From positions 1,088,001 to 1,152,000 of the forward strand of contig CAVXKA010000001.1 of the NCBI GenBank assembly GCA_963762255.1: a DNA stretch of 64,000 bases, given 5' to 3'. Below, piece by piece: positions 29,734 to 39,267 of the stretch (its first letter is position 1; every line of letters starts with the position of its first letter). This DNA is from Candidatus Eiseniibacteriota bacterium. Lineage in GTDB: Bacteria; Eisenbacteria; RBG-16-71-46; JABDJR01. The position numbers and the translations under genes were made by a program. Under the pieces are notes generated by a model. That model had not been told where the DNA came from. It was given only the letters and a program-made list of their open reading frames with translations, and did no database searches.

Positions 29734-30900
29734 CTAGCGCCCGGCACGGGGATCGTTGCGGGCTGCGATCTTCCTCGATTCGTAGTTCAGGATCAGCACG
29801 TTGTTGGCGTCGCCGGATTTGACCTGGTACTGCAGCACGAGGTCGACCCCGGCGGTCTCGTTCTTCAAGCGGAACCGGTGGGTTCCCGCGCCCAGCGTTA
29901 TCTTGAAATTGCCGGTGAGATTCCGGTTGATGCCGTCATCGTCCACATAAACCTCTGTAAAGCCGGGTGACGTGCTCACGCTGTAGGTGTGCCTGGTGTC
30001 GGGCGAGGTGTGTGTCGTCTCGACGGCGGGACGCTCCGGCGGCTTGGAAGGAGGCGTGGAAACTCGGCTCCCGCCTCCCGATGATTCGACCGGGGTCGCG
30101 GCCAGCATCCCGGCATCAGCCACGCCGGCCCGTCCCGGCTCCAGGCGCAGGCGGGTCTCCCACGGCTGGTAGCCGGATCGGGTGATCCGCACCGCATAGG
30201 TTCCCGCCGCGAGACCCGAGAAATCCGCGGGCGTCGACTTGCCGGTGGACTTGCCGTTGAGGCTGATCCGCGCGCCGGGAGGGTCGGACAAGACCTGCAA
30301 CGACGCGGTCGTGACCTCCGCGCGCGTCAGTTCCTGACGATAGTCGTTCGCCCCGGGCGTGAGATAGAGGTCGACCCGGTGGGCGTTCCATCCGTCGAGG
30401 CGCAGCTCGAGCGTGACCGGGCCGGGGGCCAGGGAGTCGAGCGATGCGGGAGTGGTGCCTCGGGGGGCGCCGTCGAGCAGAAGCTGGGCCCCCGCGGGGA
30501 CCGAATCCACGCGGAGGGTCGTCGTGCTGTCGGCCGTGCCGCCGACGTTGGCCTCAACCCGGAAGAGCCGATAGCCGCGCTTCAACGCGTCGCGATCGAT
30601 CGTGTACGGGTTGTCGAAGACGAGCTGCCCCGAAGGTTCGGATTCGACCGCGGCCAACCGGACCTGAACGCCTTCGGCTTCCACGGCCGGTCGAATCGTC
30701 GCGCGGCCGTCGGCGCCGGTCACCCCGAGCCGCGTGTCCTTGCCCACCTGGCGGATCTCGATGCCGGGGATGGGGTGGTTCTCACCGTCACGCACGTCCA
30801 CGGTGACATCGCTCGATTTGCCGCACCCCGGAACGGCGAGCGCGGCAAGGAAGCAAAGTCCCAGAAGAATGACGAGGCGGGGTCGGGACATCGAGTTCAA
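29734..30900 (-). CDS. PEGA domain lipoprotein
   Basis: Lipobox VPGC; two PEGA repeats (VDSVPAGAQLLLDGAPRGTTP; VLSDPPGARISLNGKSTGKSTP). Confidence 0.8.
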   Translation of the reverse strand: MNSMSRPRLVILLGLCFLAALAVPGCGKSSDVTVDVRDGENHPIPGIEIRQVGKDTRLGVTGADGRATIRPAVEAEGVQVRLAAVESEPSGQLVFDNPYTIDRDALKRGYRLFRVEANVGGTADSTTTLRVDSVPAGAQLLLDGAPRGTTPASLDSLAPGPVTLELRLDGWNAHRVDLYLTPGANDYRQELTRAEVTTASLQVLSDPPGARISLNGKSTGKSTPADFSGLAAGTYAVRITRSGYQPWETRLRLEPGRAGVADAGMLAATPVESSGGGSRVSTPPSKPPERPAVETTHTSPDTRHTYSVSTSPGFTEVYVDDDGINRNLTGNFKITLGAGTHRFRLKNETAGVDLVLQYQVKSGDANNVLILNYESRKIAARNDPRAGR

Positions 30901-30964
30901 CGTTCTCTCCCGGGGAGCGGGTAGGGGGTCCGGGCCGCGATTCTCCTGAGCGGAGCCGGCGCTG

Positions 30965-31972
30965 TCAACGGCCCCCCTCCACGGCGGCGAGGCCGATCTC
31001 GGCCCTCGCAGCGCGCGTGAGATCCGGCAGCGGCGGGGCCCGCCGCGCCGAATCGGTGTCGAAGTGGAACTGGAACTGACCGCTGCCGGGCACGTTCAGA
31101 GCCTCGTGCGGCCACTCCTCGATGCGCAGCGTGGATCCGGCCTCCACTCGGTAGGCGCCGCCCTCCGCGGGGCGGACGAGCGAGGTCAGGGTCACCCGCG
31201 CTCCGGGCGCGACGGGGAGGGTGAACGCCTCTCCAAGCACGAGCGGGGGTGTCGTGACGAGGCGCGCGCCGTCGGCCCCGTTCACGGTGACGACCAGCGC
31301 GTGGTCGGGGGGAGTCTGAAAAAGCGTTGCCACCACCTTGTCCGACGTTCCCTCTCCGGCCTCACGGTACGGCCGGAGCGCCTCCACCACCTCCGTGTAC
31401 ACCAGGGTGCCGCGGTGCCAGGGAGTCTGCGGCGCGAGGATCGCCGAGTTCACCGCCGCCACCTCGGTCGCCCCCGCAAGAAGCCGGGCGGGGAGGCCGC
31501 GACGGTTGAGCGCATCGCGCCCCTGGAGGTAGATCGTGGCCAGGCTCTTGAGGTCCGTCTCCCCGGCGCGAAGTTGCGTGGCGGCTCGATCGAGCCGGCC
31601 GGGGAGGGTCGGATAGAGCGACACCCACCAGGAGCCATCGAGACTTCCGGCCAGGCGATCGGCGGTCTCCGAGAGCGGCGTCCCGGGCGCCGTCCGCGCG
31701 AACTCGGATACCGCTCGTCGCGCGCCCAGCGATGCCATGATCCCGACGCCGAGCACCACGAGGGCCAGGAGCGTCACGCCCATCGCCGCGGCGCGGGGGA
31801 GGGCATCGCTGCGGCCGGGGGACGCGACGGAGACCGCGCCGGGCTCAGCCCCCGGCTCGGGGACGGGCAGGGACTCCGGTCGAGCCAGGCCCCAGAGCAG
31901 GATGCCGAGGCTGCGTGTGAGCAGGGCGATCGGTCCGATGCGGTCGGTTCGGGGGACGGTGCCGGCGCTCAT
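30965..31972 (-). CDS. Hypothetical membrane-anchored protein
   Basis: TM segment TLLALVVLGVGIMASL; ATGA overlap with the upstream ORF. Confidence 0.5.
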   Translation of the reverse strand: MSAGTVPRTDRIGPIALLTRSLGILLWGLARPESLPVPEPGAEPGAVSVASPGRSDALPRAAAMGVTLLALVVLGVGIMASLGARRAVSEFARTAPGTPLSETADRLAGSLDGSWWVSLYPTLPGRLDRAATQLRAGETDLKSLATIYLQGRDALNRRGLPARLLAGATEVAAVNSAILAPQTPWHRGTLVYTEVVEALRPYREAGEGTSDKVVATLFQTPPDHALVVTVNGADGARLVTTPPLVLGEAFTLPVAPGARVTLTSLVRPAEGGAYRVEAGSTLRIEEWPHEALNVPGSGQFQFHFDTDSARRAPPLPDLTRAARAEIGLAAVEGGR

Positions 31973-32181
31973 CGCGAGGCGCCCGCGTCGGGGGTGAGCG
32001 CGCGATCAAGCCTGCGGAGGGCCGCCGAGGGGCCCATCCACGCGAAACTCGCCGCCGCGATCAGGAAGAGCAGGGCGAGCATGAGCGGCACCCACCGCGA
32101 TCCCGAGGCCCCGGCGCGCCGGTGGCGGCGCGGCGTGGTGAGGGAGGGAAGTCGATAAGGTACCATCGGCTCGTGCAACAA
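31969..32181 (-). CDS. Small membrane protein
   Basis: One TM segment; stop overlaps the next start; start uncertain. Confidence 0.35.
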   Translation of the reverse strand: MLHEPMVPYRLPSLTTPRRHRRAGASGSRWVPLMLALLFLIAAASFAWMGPSAALRRLDRALTPDAGASR

Positions 32182-32323
32182 GCCGCCTCATGGTTGGGCT
32201 CGAGCGCCCCGGGGGCGATCTCGGCCGGAGGAAGTTGCGATACGATCCACCCCGAACTTGACCCCAAGACGAACTTGGCATTACATGGTAGCAGCCTCAC
32301 TGTATGGGGGCAAACACCGCCGC

Positions 32324-32339
32324 TTGGCATCCGTTCAGC
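32324..32339 (+). promoter_or_regulatory. Possible sigma-54 -24/-12 promoter for the T6SS operon
   Basis: TTGGCATCCGTTCAGC has GG-N10-GC spacing and lies just upstream of the first RBS; the -12 element is non-canonical. Confidence 0.3.
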
Positions 32340-32366
32340 GGCAACCCGGTGGAAGGGGAGCGCGCC

Positions 32367-33050
32367 ATGAACGGTGAAGGAATTGCATATCCGGGGGGCC
32401 GGGGTAGGCCGCCGATTCCCCCGGAGATCCTCGCCTCGCTCCGCAAGCTGGTGGAGCTGCGGGGATCCGGGGTGCCTCCGCCCGGGGATGCGGGGGAATT
32501 GGAGCGCTTTGCCGACCGGCTGGCGGAGGTAACCCACCTGCTCCTCGGCTTCTACCAGGATATGCAGCGTGGAATGGACGAATTTCATCGTGCCTATGGG
32601 ATTCCCGGCCTCACGCCCGGCGCGGGGAGCCCCGAGGCGGCGGAGTTCATGCGCCGCCTTCTCGATGAGGACGGTGGGGAGGCTCGCGATCGACTGCGCG
32701 AGGTCATCCAGGAACTCAAGGTGCACCACGCCGGACTTCTGGAGGGGTATCAGGAGGCGGCGCACGAGGGCGCCCGGCAGCTCCTCGAGGTGCTCGACCC
32801 CGAGGCCATCCGCCGGGAGTACGCGGGATCCCGGATCGAAGTGGGTCCCTTCAAGGTATCGAGCCGTCTTCGGCCGGTCATGGTTCAGGTCGTGTGGGAG
32901 GAGTTCCTCCGGCGCTTCGCCCAGTTGAAGGCCCTGGCGCCGGCGGACTATGAGCGCTTCCACCGGGACGGATTTCGCCGCGGCTATCGCGGGTTCCGCG
33001 ACGCCCGCCTCGGGCGCCGGTCCGGCGAGGCGGACCCGGTGAAGTCATGA
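32367..33050 (+). CDS. TagH/Fha C-terminal-domain-only protein
   Basis: LKVHHAGLLEGYQEAA...LLEVLDPEAI...WEEFLRRF...FRRGY matches the TagH C-terminus; no FHA domain. Confidence 0.65.
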   Translation: MNGEGIAYPGGRGRPPIPPEILASLRKLVELRGSGVPPPGDAGELERFADRLAEVTHLLLGFYQDMQRGMDEFHRAYGIPGLTPGAGSPEAAEFMRRLLDEDGGEARDRLREVIQELKVHHAGLLEGYQEAAHEGARQLLEVLDPEAIRREYAGSRIEVGPFKVSSRLRPVMVQVVWEEFLRRFAQLKALAPADYERFHRDGFRRGYRGFRDARLGRRSGEADPVKS

Positions 33051-33091
33051 TGCTCCGGCGGACGGGGTCCGCCGGTAGGGAGGGGACGAGC

Positions 33092-33601
33092 ATGCAACGA
33101 GGAGGATCCCGGCGCCTGCGGGTCGGGTCACGTTGGGCCGCGATCGCGGCCGCCGCCGGCCTGATCGGGGGATGCGGTATCTTTGGCGGTGGCGGCGACA
33201 AGCCGGAGCCGGCGGCCGGACCGGAGTCGATCACCCTCACCCTGGTGGGGACGGAGCTTCTGAATTCCTGTGACGAGGGGGTCGGGAACGCGCTCGCGGT
33301 GAGGGTCTACCAGTTGTCGGGCGACGCTCGGATCTCCATGTCCGCGCTGGGCACCCTCTGGGGGAGCGAGGACGCCGAGCTTGGCAAGGAGCTGGTGGAC
33401 AAGTCCGAGCTGATCCTCGAACCTGGGGCCAGTGTCCCGGTCAAGGTGCGGCCGGTGCCCGGTGCTCAGTTCCTGGCGGTGGTGGGGAACTACTGCAAGT
33501 CCGACGGGGATTGCTGGCGATGGGTTCGTCCCCTGGAGGGGGTCCCATCCAAGATCAAGCTCTCGTTCGGCGAGTCCTGTATCGAAGCGGCGGCCAAGTA
33601 G
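33092..33601 (+). CDS. tssJ: T6SS lipoprotein TssJ
   Basis: Lipobox IGGC; LAVRVYQL, LGKELV, LEPG, FLAVVGNY. Confidence 0.85.
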   Translation: MQRGGSRRLRVGSRWAAIAAAAGLIGGCGIFGGGGDKPEPAAGPESITLTLVGTELLNSCDEGVGNALAVRVYQLSGDARISMSALGTLWGSEDAELGKELVDKSELILEPGASVPVKVRPVPGAQFLAVVGNYCKSDGDCWRWVRPLEGVPSKIKLSFGESCIEAAAK

Positions 33602-33623
33602 CCGCCGGGAGAGTGCGGGTAGG

Positions 33624-34973
33624 ATGAGCAAGCGCAGCCGCGTGGTCTGGAATGAGGGACTGCTACTGACTCCCCAGCATCTGCAGCACCTCGACCAGTA
33701 CCATGAAGAATCCGCGACGGAGCTGTTCCGGACCGCCCGCCCCCACGGGTTCGGTTTGACCACGCTGGAGCTGGATCAGGAGGCGATCCAGAACGGGCAA
33801 GTGCTGGTGCACGCGGCCTCCGGCGTGCTTCCCCTCGGCGGGGCCTTCTCCATGCCGGATCGGGATCTCGTTCCGCCTGGTCTTCAGATCGCGGATCGCT
33901 TTGCGCTCAGCGAGAGCCGGCTGCCCATCTACCTCGGGCTTCGCATCCACCGGCCGGGGGAGCGCCAGCTCGCCGACGGCGCCGCGATCGGGGCGGAGAC
34001 GAGGTACCGCGAGACGACGGTTCGGGCGGTGGACGAGACGAGCGGCGAGAACGAACGGGAGATCGTCGTCTCCCAGCGCAATTTCCGGCTTCTGCTGCAG
34101 GACGAGACCCTCGGCGATTACGACCATCTTCCCATCGGCATGGTGGTGCGCAAGCCCGAGGGCGGGTTCACCTTCCGCGAGGACTACATTCCGCCGTGCC
34201 TCAGCATCGGGGCCTCGGATGCGGTGCTCCGCATCCTGCGCCGGCTGCTCGAAATCCTGCTGGCCAAGTCCCGCGAGCTGTCCGAGCGGCGGCGTCACAG
34301 CGGGAGAGGCGTGGCGGAGTTCGGCCGCGACGACGTCGCCGGTTTCTGGCTCCTCGGCGTGGTCAACGGCGCCATCCCGGAGATCTCCCACTACCTGCGC
34401 GGCGCCAACGCGCATCCGGAAACGGTGTATACCTCGCTGGCCCGGTTGGCGGGAGCGCTGACCACCATGAGCGATCAGGACGTGCGCGATATCGCAGTCT
34501 ACGATCACGACCGGCCCGAGGCTGCTTTCTCAGACCTCGGAAGCCGGATTCCCAAGCTCATGGAAACGGTTCTACCCCGGCACTACACGCGCATCGCGCT
34601 CGAGAAGGGGGCGAACGACGTGTTCACCGGCCGTCTGGACGACGACCGCCTGCTGCCGGCGAAAGTCGGCTGGTATCTCGGGGTTTATGCCTCGATGCCG
34701 GTCGGGGAGATCCAGTCGAGCCTGCCGCCGAAGATCAAGATCGCCACCCCGGACAGGATCGAGTTCCTCATTTCCAATGCGCTCATGGGGGTGTCGGTGC
34801 GTCACGTGCAGACGGCGCCCGCCTCCCTGCCGGTTCAAGCCGGCTTCGTCTACTTCCAGGTGGAGAAGACCGGCGACGTCTGGGATCTCGTCGCGGGGGC
34901 GCACGCCATCGCGTTGTATGTGCCACCGGAATTCGCGAACATCCAGCTCGAACTCATCGCCCTCAACGACTGA
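33624..34973 (+). CDS. tssK: T6SS baseplate subunit TssK
   Basis: VVWNEGLLLTPQHLQ, YIPPCL, HPETVY, YDHD, YFQVEK. Confidence 0.92.
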   Translation: MSKRSRVVWNEGLLLTPQHLQHLDQYHEESATELFRTARPHGFGLTTLELDQEAIQNGQVLVHAASGVLPLGGAFSMPDRDLVPPGLQIADRFALSESRLPIYLGLRIHRPGERQLADGAAIGAETRYRETTVRAVDETSGENEREIVVSQRNFRLLLQDETLGDYDHLPIGMVVRKPEGGFTFREDYIPPCLSIGASDAVLRILRRLLEILLAKSRELSERRRHSGRGVAEFGRDDVAGFWLLGVVNGAIPEISHYLRGANAHPETVYTSLARLAGALTTMSDQDVRDIAVYDHDRPEAAFSDLGSRIPKLMETVLPRHYTRIALEKGANDVFTGRLDDDRLLPAKVGWYLGVYASMPVGEIQSSLPPKIKIATPDRIEFLISNALMGVSVRHVQTAPASLPVQAGFVYFQVEKTGDVWDLVAGAHAIALYVPPEFANIQLELIALND

Positions 34974-34981
34974 AGAAAACC

Positions 34982-35752
34982 ATGAGACTTCCGTTCTTGA
35001 AACGCGCGTCGCGTCGCTCCGGGCTCGCGCCGGCGCCTCGCCGGGCCGCAGGGGGAGGGGCATCGGCCGCCGCCCCCACGTCCCTCGGCGGGGCCTGCGC
35101 CGAGGTCTTCTCCCTCGTCCTCTCGCTCCGCTCCGCGGTGGACCTCGGCGACCCCGCCGAGTTCCGCAAGCGCGTGCTCAAGATGCTGGAGCAGATGGAG
35201 GAGGGAGGGCGCAAGGCGGGGGCCGCCTCCACCGGCATCGAGGAGGCGCGCTTCGCCCTCGTTGCGATGCTGGACGAGGTCATCCTCAACTCTCCGTGGA
35301 AGGGCAAGGACACCTGGCGGGTGAACCCGTTGCAGCTCGAACTCTTCAAGATCAACGTGGCCGGCGAGGAGTTCTTCAAGCGGCTGGAGCGCCTGCGCGC
35401 GAACTTCGCGGAGAACCGGGACGTGCTCGAGGTCTACTATGACTGCCTCGCGCTCGGGTTCGAGGGGCGGTACAAGATCTTCGGTCGGGAGAAGCTGGAG
35501 GTCGTGATCGCCGAACTCTCGCGGGAGCTGGCGCACGGCAAGGGGTGGAGCGCGGACGGGCTCTCCCCGCATGGCAAGCGACCGGACGACTTCTCCGAAG
35601 CGGTGGGGGAAGGCGTGCCCATCTGGGCGACCGCCGCCTTCTTCCTTCCCGGGGCCTTCATCCTCATCCTTCTGTTCGCCCTGTCCGCGCACGGGGCGGC
35701 CGGCAAGGTCGCCGACTCCATCCGCCAACTGCTGGCCGGGATGGGGCGGTGA
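34982..35752 (+). CDS. tssL: T6SS membrane subunit TssL (DotU family)
   Basis: ARFALVAMLDE, PLQLELF..AGEEFF, LALGFEGRY; C-terminal TM; no OmpA domain. Confidence 0.9.
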   Translation: MRLPFLKRASRRSGLAPAPRRAAGGGASAAAPTSLGGACAEVFSLVLSLRSAVDLGDPAEFRKRVLKMLEQMEEGGRKAGAASTGIEEARFALVAMLDEVILNSPWKGKDTWRVNPLQLELFKINVAGEEFFKRLERLRANFAENRDVLEVYYDCLALGFEGRYKIFGREKLEVVIAELSRELAHGKGWSADGLSPHGKRPDDFSEAVGEGVPIWATAAFFLPGAFILILLFALSAHGAAGKVADSIRQLLAGMGR

Positions 35753-35768
35753 TCCGCGAGGCTTCGAC

Positions 35769-38700
35769 ATGCCGTTCGTGAAGCTGCTCTCCCGGCTCCT
35801 GCGGCCGGGTTCTCTAATCACCGGCGGCGCCGCCGGTATCATCCTCATCCTCGTCTGGGTCGGTCCCCAGTTCGGAGTGCGCGGCCCGTGGCTGGCCCTC
35901 GGCATCCTGGCCGTGCTCTTCATCTGGGTCATCGTCATGTTCCTGCTGCGGCTCCGGGCGCAGAAGGCGGGCGCGGCGCTCGAGGATTCCATCAAGGAGC
36001 AGGCCCAGGCCCAGCTCGTCTCGAGCCGCCCCGGCCGCGAGGAGGAGATCGAGCACCTGCGCGGCCAGCTCCTGGAAGCGATCCAGGCGCTCAAGACGTC
36101 CCGGGTCGGCAAGACCAAGGGCGGGGCCGGCGCGCTGTACGCGCTCCCCTGGTACATGATCATCGGGCCCCCCGCGTCCGGAAAGACGACGGTCCTCGCG
36201 AACTCCGGCCTCAACTTTCCCTACCTGGACCCAAGTCGCAACCGCCCCTCGGTGCGTGGCGTGGGGGGAACGAGGAACTGCGATTGGTGGTTCGCCGACG
36301 AGGCGGTGATCCTCGATACGGCCGGCCGCTACGTGCTGCCGGTGGAAGCCGACGACACCCAGGAGTGGCTGGCCTTCCTCGATCTGCTCCGCCGCAATCG
36401 GGGCAAGAAACCGATCAACGGTCTCATCGTTGGCGTCTCCATCCAGGATCTGGTCATGGGCGAAGAAGGGGACGTGGAGAGCCACGCCCAGAAGATCCGA
36501 TCCCGGGTCGACGAACTCATCCAGCGCCTCGGCATCAGCTTCCCGATCTACGTCGTCTTCACCAAGTGCGATCTCATCCGCGGGTTCGTCGAGTTCTACG
36601 GGGATCTCTCCAAGACCGACCGCGCGGCGACGTGGGGGGCGACCATCGCCCGCGACCGTTTCGCGCAGGAGCCCGCCGAGGACATCTTCCGCGCCGAGAT
36701 GGAGCAACTCACCGAGGCGCTTCGCGAAGCGCGCATCCCCCGCACCGCCGAGGCCACCAACCCGGCGAGCCGGCCGGAAATCCTCTTCTTCCCGCTGCAG
36801 TTCCACGCGCTGACCGACCGCCTGGCCACGTTCGTGGAGATCCTCTTCCGCGAGAACCCCTACCACGAGCGCCCGATCTTCCGGGGGTTCTACTTCACGA
36901 GCGGCACGCAGGAAGGAAGGCCCATCGACCAGGTCATCAACGCCATGCTCCGCGGTTTCGGCATCGCCGCCGCCGACGAAGGGATGACCGTCGCCCCCAG
37001 CCAGACCAAGAGCTACTTCATCGAGCACGTCTTCTCGCGCGTGATCTTCCCCGACCGGCATATCGCCGGGCCGTCGGCGGAAGGGGAGCGGCGCCGGCGT
37101 GCGAGCCGGGCCAAGGTCTTCGCGGCGGGGTGCGTCGGGCTCGCGCTCGTGACTGCGGCTCTCTTCGTTCTCTCCGCCAGCAACCGGCGTCTCCTGAACG
37201 ACGTGCGCTCCTTGAGCGACAAGGCCGCCGCCTCCGCACGCGGCGGACGGCTCGGCTTCGGCGTCGACGACCTGCACACGCTGGAGTCGCTGCGCTCCAA
37301 GCTCGAGGACATGGACAACCGCAGTCGTCCTCTGACCAAGGCGGTCCTGCTCGCCACCTATCAGGGGGAGAAGGCCGCGGATGAGGCGCGCCGGCTCTAC
37401 CTGGCCGCGCTGCACGACGCGGTGATGGTGCCGGTCCAGCCCTACCTCGCGCGGAATCTCGCCCAGCGCGCCGACAGCCTCGGGGTGACTTTCCCCCGTT
37501 ATTACGGGTGGTATCGCACGTGGCGCATCCTGCAGGATCCTGCGGTCAAGCTGCAGCCTCCGGACGCAGAGTCGGTGGCCGCGCAGCTCTCGGAGTACTG
37601 GGCGCCGATCACGGGGGTCCCGGACGGGAAGGACCGCCAGGAGTTCGATGCACTCTTCGTGAAGCAGATCGCCTACGCGAGCCGCTATCCGGAGATCCTC
37701 GCGGATCTTTTCCCGCCGGCGCCGTATCAGGACGAACGGGTGGAGAACCTGGCGCGGGGCGCCATTCATCGCTATTGGTCGGCGGAGGGGGTCTACTCCG
37801 GTCTGGTGGAGGCGGGAGGGACGGTGCCTCAGATCACCGTGGCGGCCATCCTGGGCGCCGACGTCGGGGTCTACGGAGACATGGCGGTTTCCGGCGCGTA
37901 CACCGACGCCGGCTGGAAGGGGCCGGTGAGCCGCTACATCGGCTGGCTCGAGACGGTGCGTGAGGACTGGGCGCTGCGCGAATGCTGGAACGGCACGCCG
38001 AGGGGCATCCAGGCCGATGTCCTCGCGCGCTACGGGCAGGAATACCTCGGCGAATGGCGGGACTTCATGGCCTCCATGCGCGTGCAGCCGGGCGCCGATC
38101 CGGAAGCCACCCGGGCCTTTCTTGAGCGCGCCGCCACCGAGGGGGGCCCCGTGCTGAAGGTGCTTCGCACGGTGGACGAGAACACGCGGTTCGATACGGA
38201 GTCGGCCAGCGGGCTCATGGCGGTGGCGCAGGATTTCGGCGTGCTGCACGAGTTCTTCCAGGCGCCGAGCGGCGGCGGACCGTTCAGGTTCCTGCGCGGC
38301 GGCGACTCGGGGGGCAAGGCCCCGTATCTGGAGTACATCGAGAAGGTGGGAGTCCTCGCCGCCGCCTACGCGTCGCTCGCCGCGGGAGGGGACCCGTCGC
38401 GGAGCGAACCGGTGCTGGGCGTGACGAGCTGGGTGGACACCCGCATCCCCGGCGGGGCCAGCCCCGTGTCGAGCGAGCTGGCCCGGGTGTTGAAGCTGCC
38501 GGCCTTCGTGGTCACCGGGTCGGTGCAGGCGGGAGTGGGGCGTGACCTCCAGGGAGGCTGGAGCCAGATCGTCCGTGAATTCCAGACGACGCTGGCCGGG
38601 CGCTACCCGCTCTCCGCGGGCGGCACGGATTGCGCGCTTGCCGACTTCGAGCAGTTCTTCGGCCCGGGCGGCACCTTCTGGTCGTACTACCAGGAGTCGC

Positions 38701-39257
38701 TCTCCGGTCTGGTGTCGGAGGACGGCCACGAGCTTCCCAACGCCGGCATCCGGTGCTCGCCCGGCTTCCTGGACTGCCTGCGGTCGGCGTATCGGATCCG
38801 CAGGGGGATGTTCCCCGATGGCGGAAACAAGGCTGGCTTCTCCTTCTCCGTGCAACCCGATCGCGTTCAACGCGAGAGTTCCATCGTCATGCGCGGCGTG
38901 CGGCTCGACGTCGGCGGGTCGTCCCTCATCTACCAGATGGGACAGCGCACGTGGACGCCCATGAGCTGGCCGGGGCAAAACCCGGAAGCCGGGGCCGCCC
39001 TGCGTCTCGACGCGGGAGACACCGCTACAATACCTTCCCTGAATTTCTCGGGAGCTTGGGGGTTTTTCCATCTCCTGAATCGGGCGAACATCGGCTCCGG
39101 AGGCTCCGATCAACCTAGCCTGACCTGGAAGCTGGCCGCCCAACCCTCGGAGGTGGCCGTCGCCTTCAACGTGAGCGGTCTCTCCTCGGTCCATCCGCTC
39201 GCCCCAGGGTTCTTCCGCTTCAGCCTTCCGTCGCAGATCGTGGCGGAGGGGCGATGA
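35769..39257 (+). CDS. tssM: T6SS membrane subunit TssM (IcmF)
   Basis: LYALPWYMIIGPPASGKTT, GTRNCDWWF, DTAGRY, RGFYFTSGTQEG, DFEQFFGPGG. Confidence 0.95.
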   Translation: MPFVKLLSRLLRPGSLITGGAAGIILILVWVGPQFGVRGPWLALGILAVLFIWVIVMFLLRLRAQKAGAALEDSIKEQAQAQLVSSRPGREEEIEHLRGQLLEAIQALKTSRVGKTKGGAGALYALPWYMIIGPPASGKTTVLANSGLNFPYLDPSRNRPSVRGVGGTRNCDWWFADEAVILDTAGRYVLPVEADDTQEWLAFLDLLRRNRGKKPINGLIVGVSIQDLVMGEEGDVESHAQKIRSRVDELIQRLGISFPIYVVFTKCDLIRGFVEFYGDLSKTDRAATWGATIARDRFAQEPAEDIFRAEMEQLTEALREARIPRTAEATNPASRPEILFFPLQFHALTDRLATFVEILFRENPYHERPIFRGFYFTSGTQEGRPIDQVINAMLRGFGIAAADEGMTVAPSQTKSYFIEHVFSRVIFPDRHIAGPSAEGERRRRASRAKVFAAGCVGLALVTAALFVLSASNRRLLNDVRSLSDKAAASARGGRLGFGVDDLHTLESLRSKLEDMDNRSRPLTKAVLLATYQGEKAADEARRLYLAALHDAVMVPVQPYLARNLAQRADSLGVTFPRYYGWYRTWRILQDPAVKLQPPDAESVAAQLSEYWAPITGVPDGKDRQEFDALFVKQIAYASRYPEILADLFPPAPYQDERVENLARGAIHRYWSAEGVYSGLVEAGGTVPQITVAAILGADVGVYGDMAVSGAYTDAGWKGPVSRYIGWLETVREDWALRECWNGTPRGIQADVLARYGQEYLGEWRDFMASMRVQPGADPEATRAFLERAATEGGPVLKVLRTVDENTRFDTESASGLMAVAQDFGVLHEFFQAPSGGGPFRFLRGGDSGGKAPYLEYIEKVGVLAAAYASLAAGGDPSRSEPVLGVTSWVDTRIPGGASPVSSELARVLKLPAFVVTGSVQAGVGRDLQGGWSQIVREFQTTLAGRYPLSAGGTDCALADFEQFFGPGGTFWSYYQESLSGLVSEDGHELPNAGIRCSPGFLDCLRSAYRIRRGMFPDGGNKAGFSFSVQPDRVQRESSIVMRGVRLDVGGSSLIYQMGQRTWTPMSWPGQNPEAGAALRLDAGDTATIPSLNFSGAWGFFHLLNRANIGSGGSDQPSLTWKLAAQPSEVAVAFNVSGLSSVHPLAPGFFRFSLPSQIVAEGR

Positions 39258-39267
39258 CGAAGGCCTC

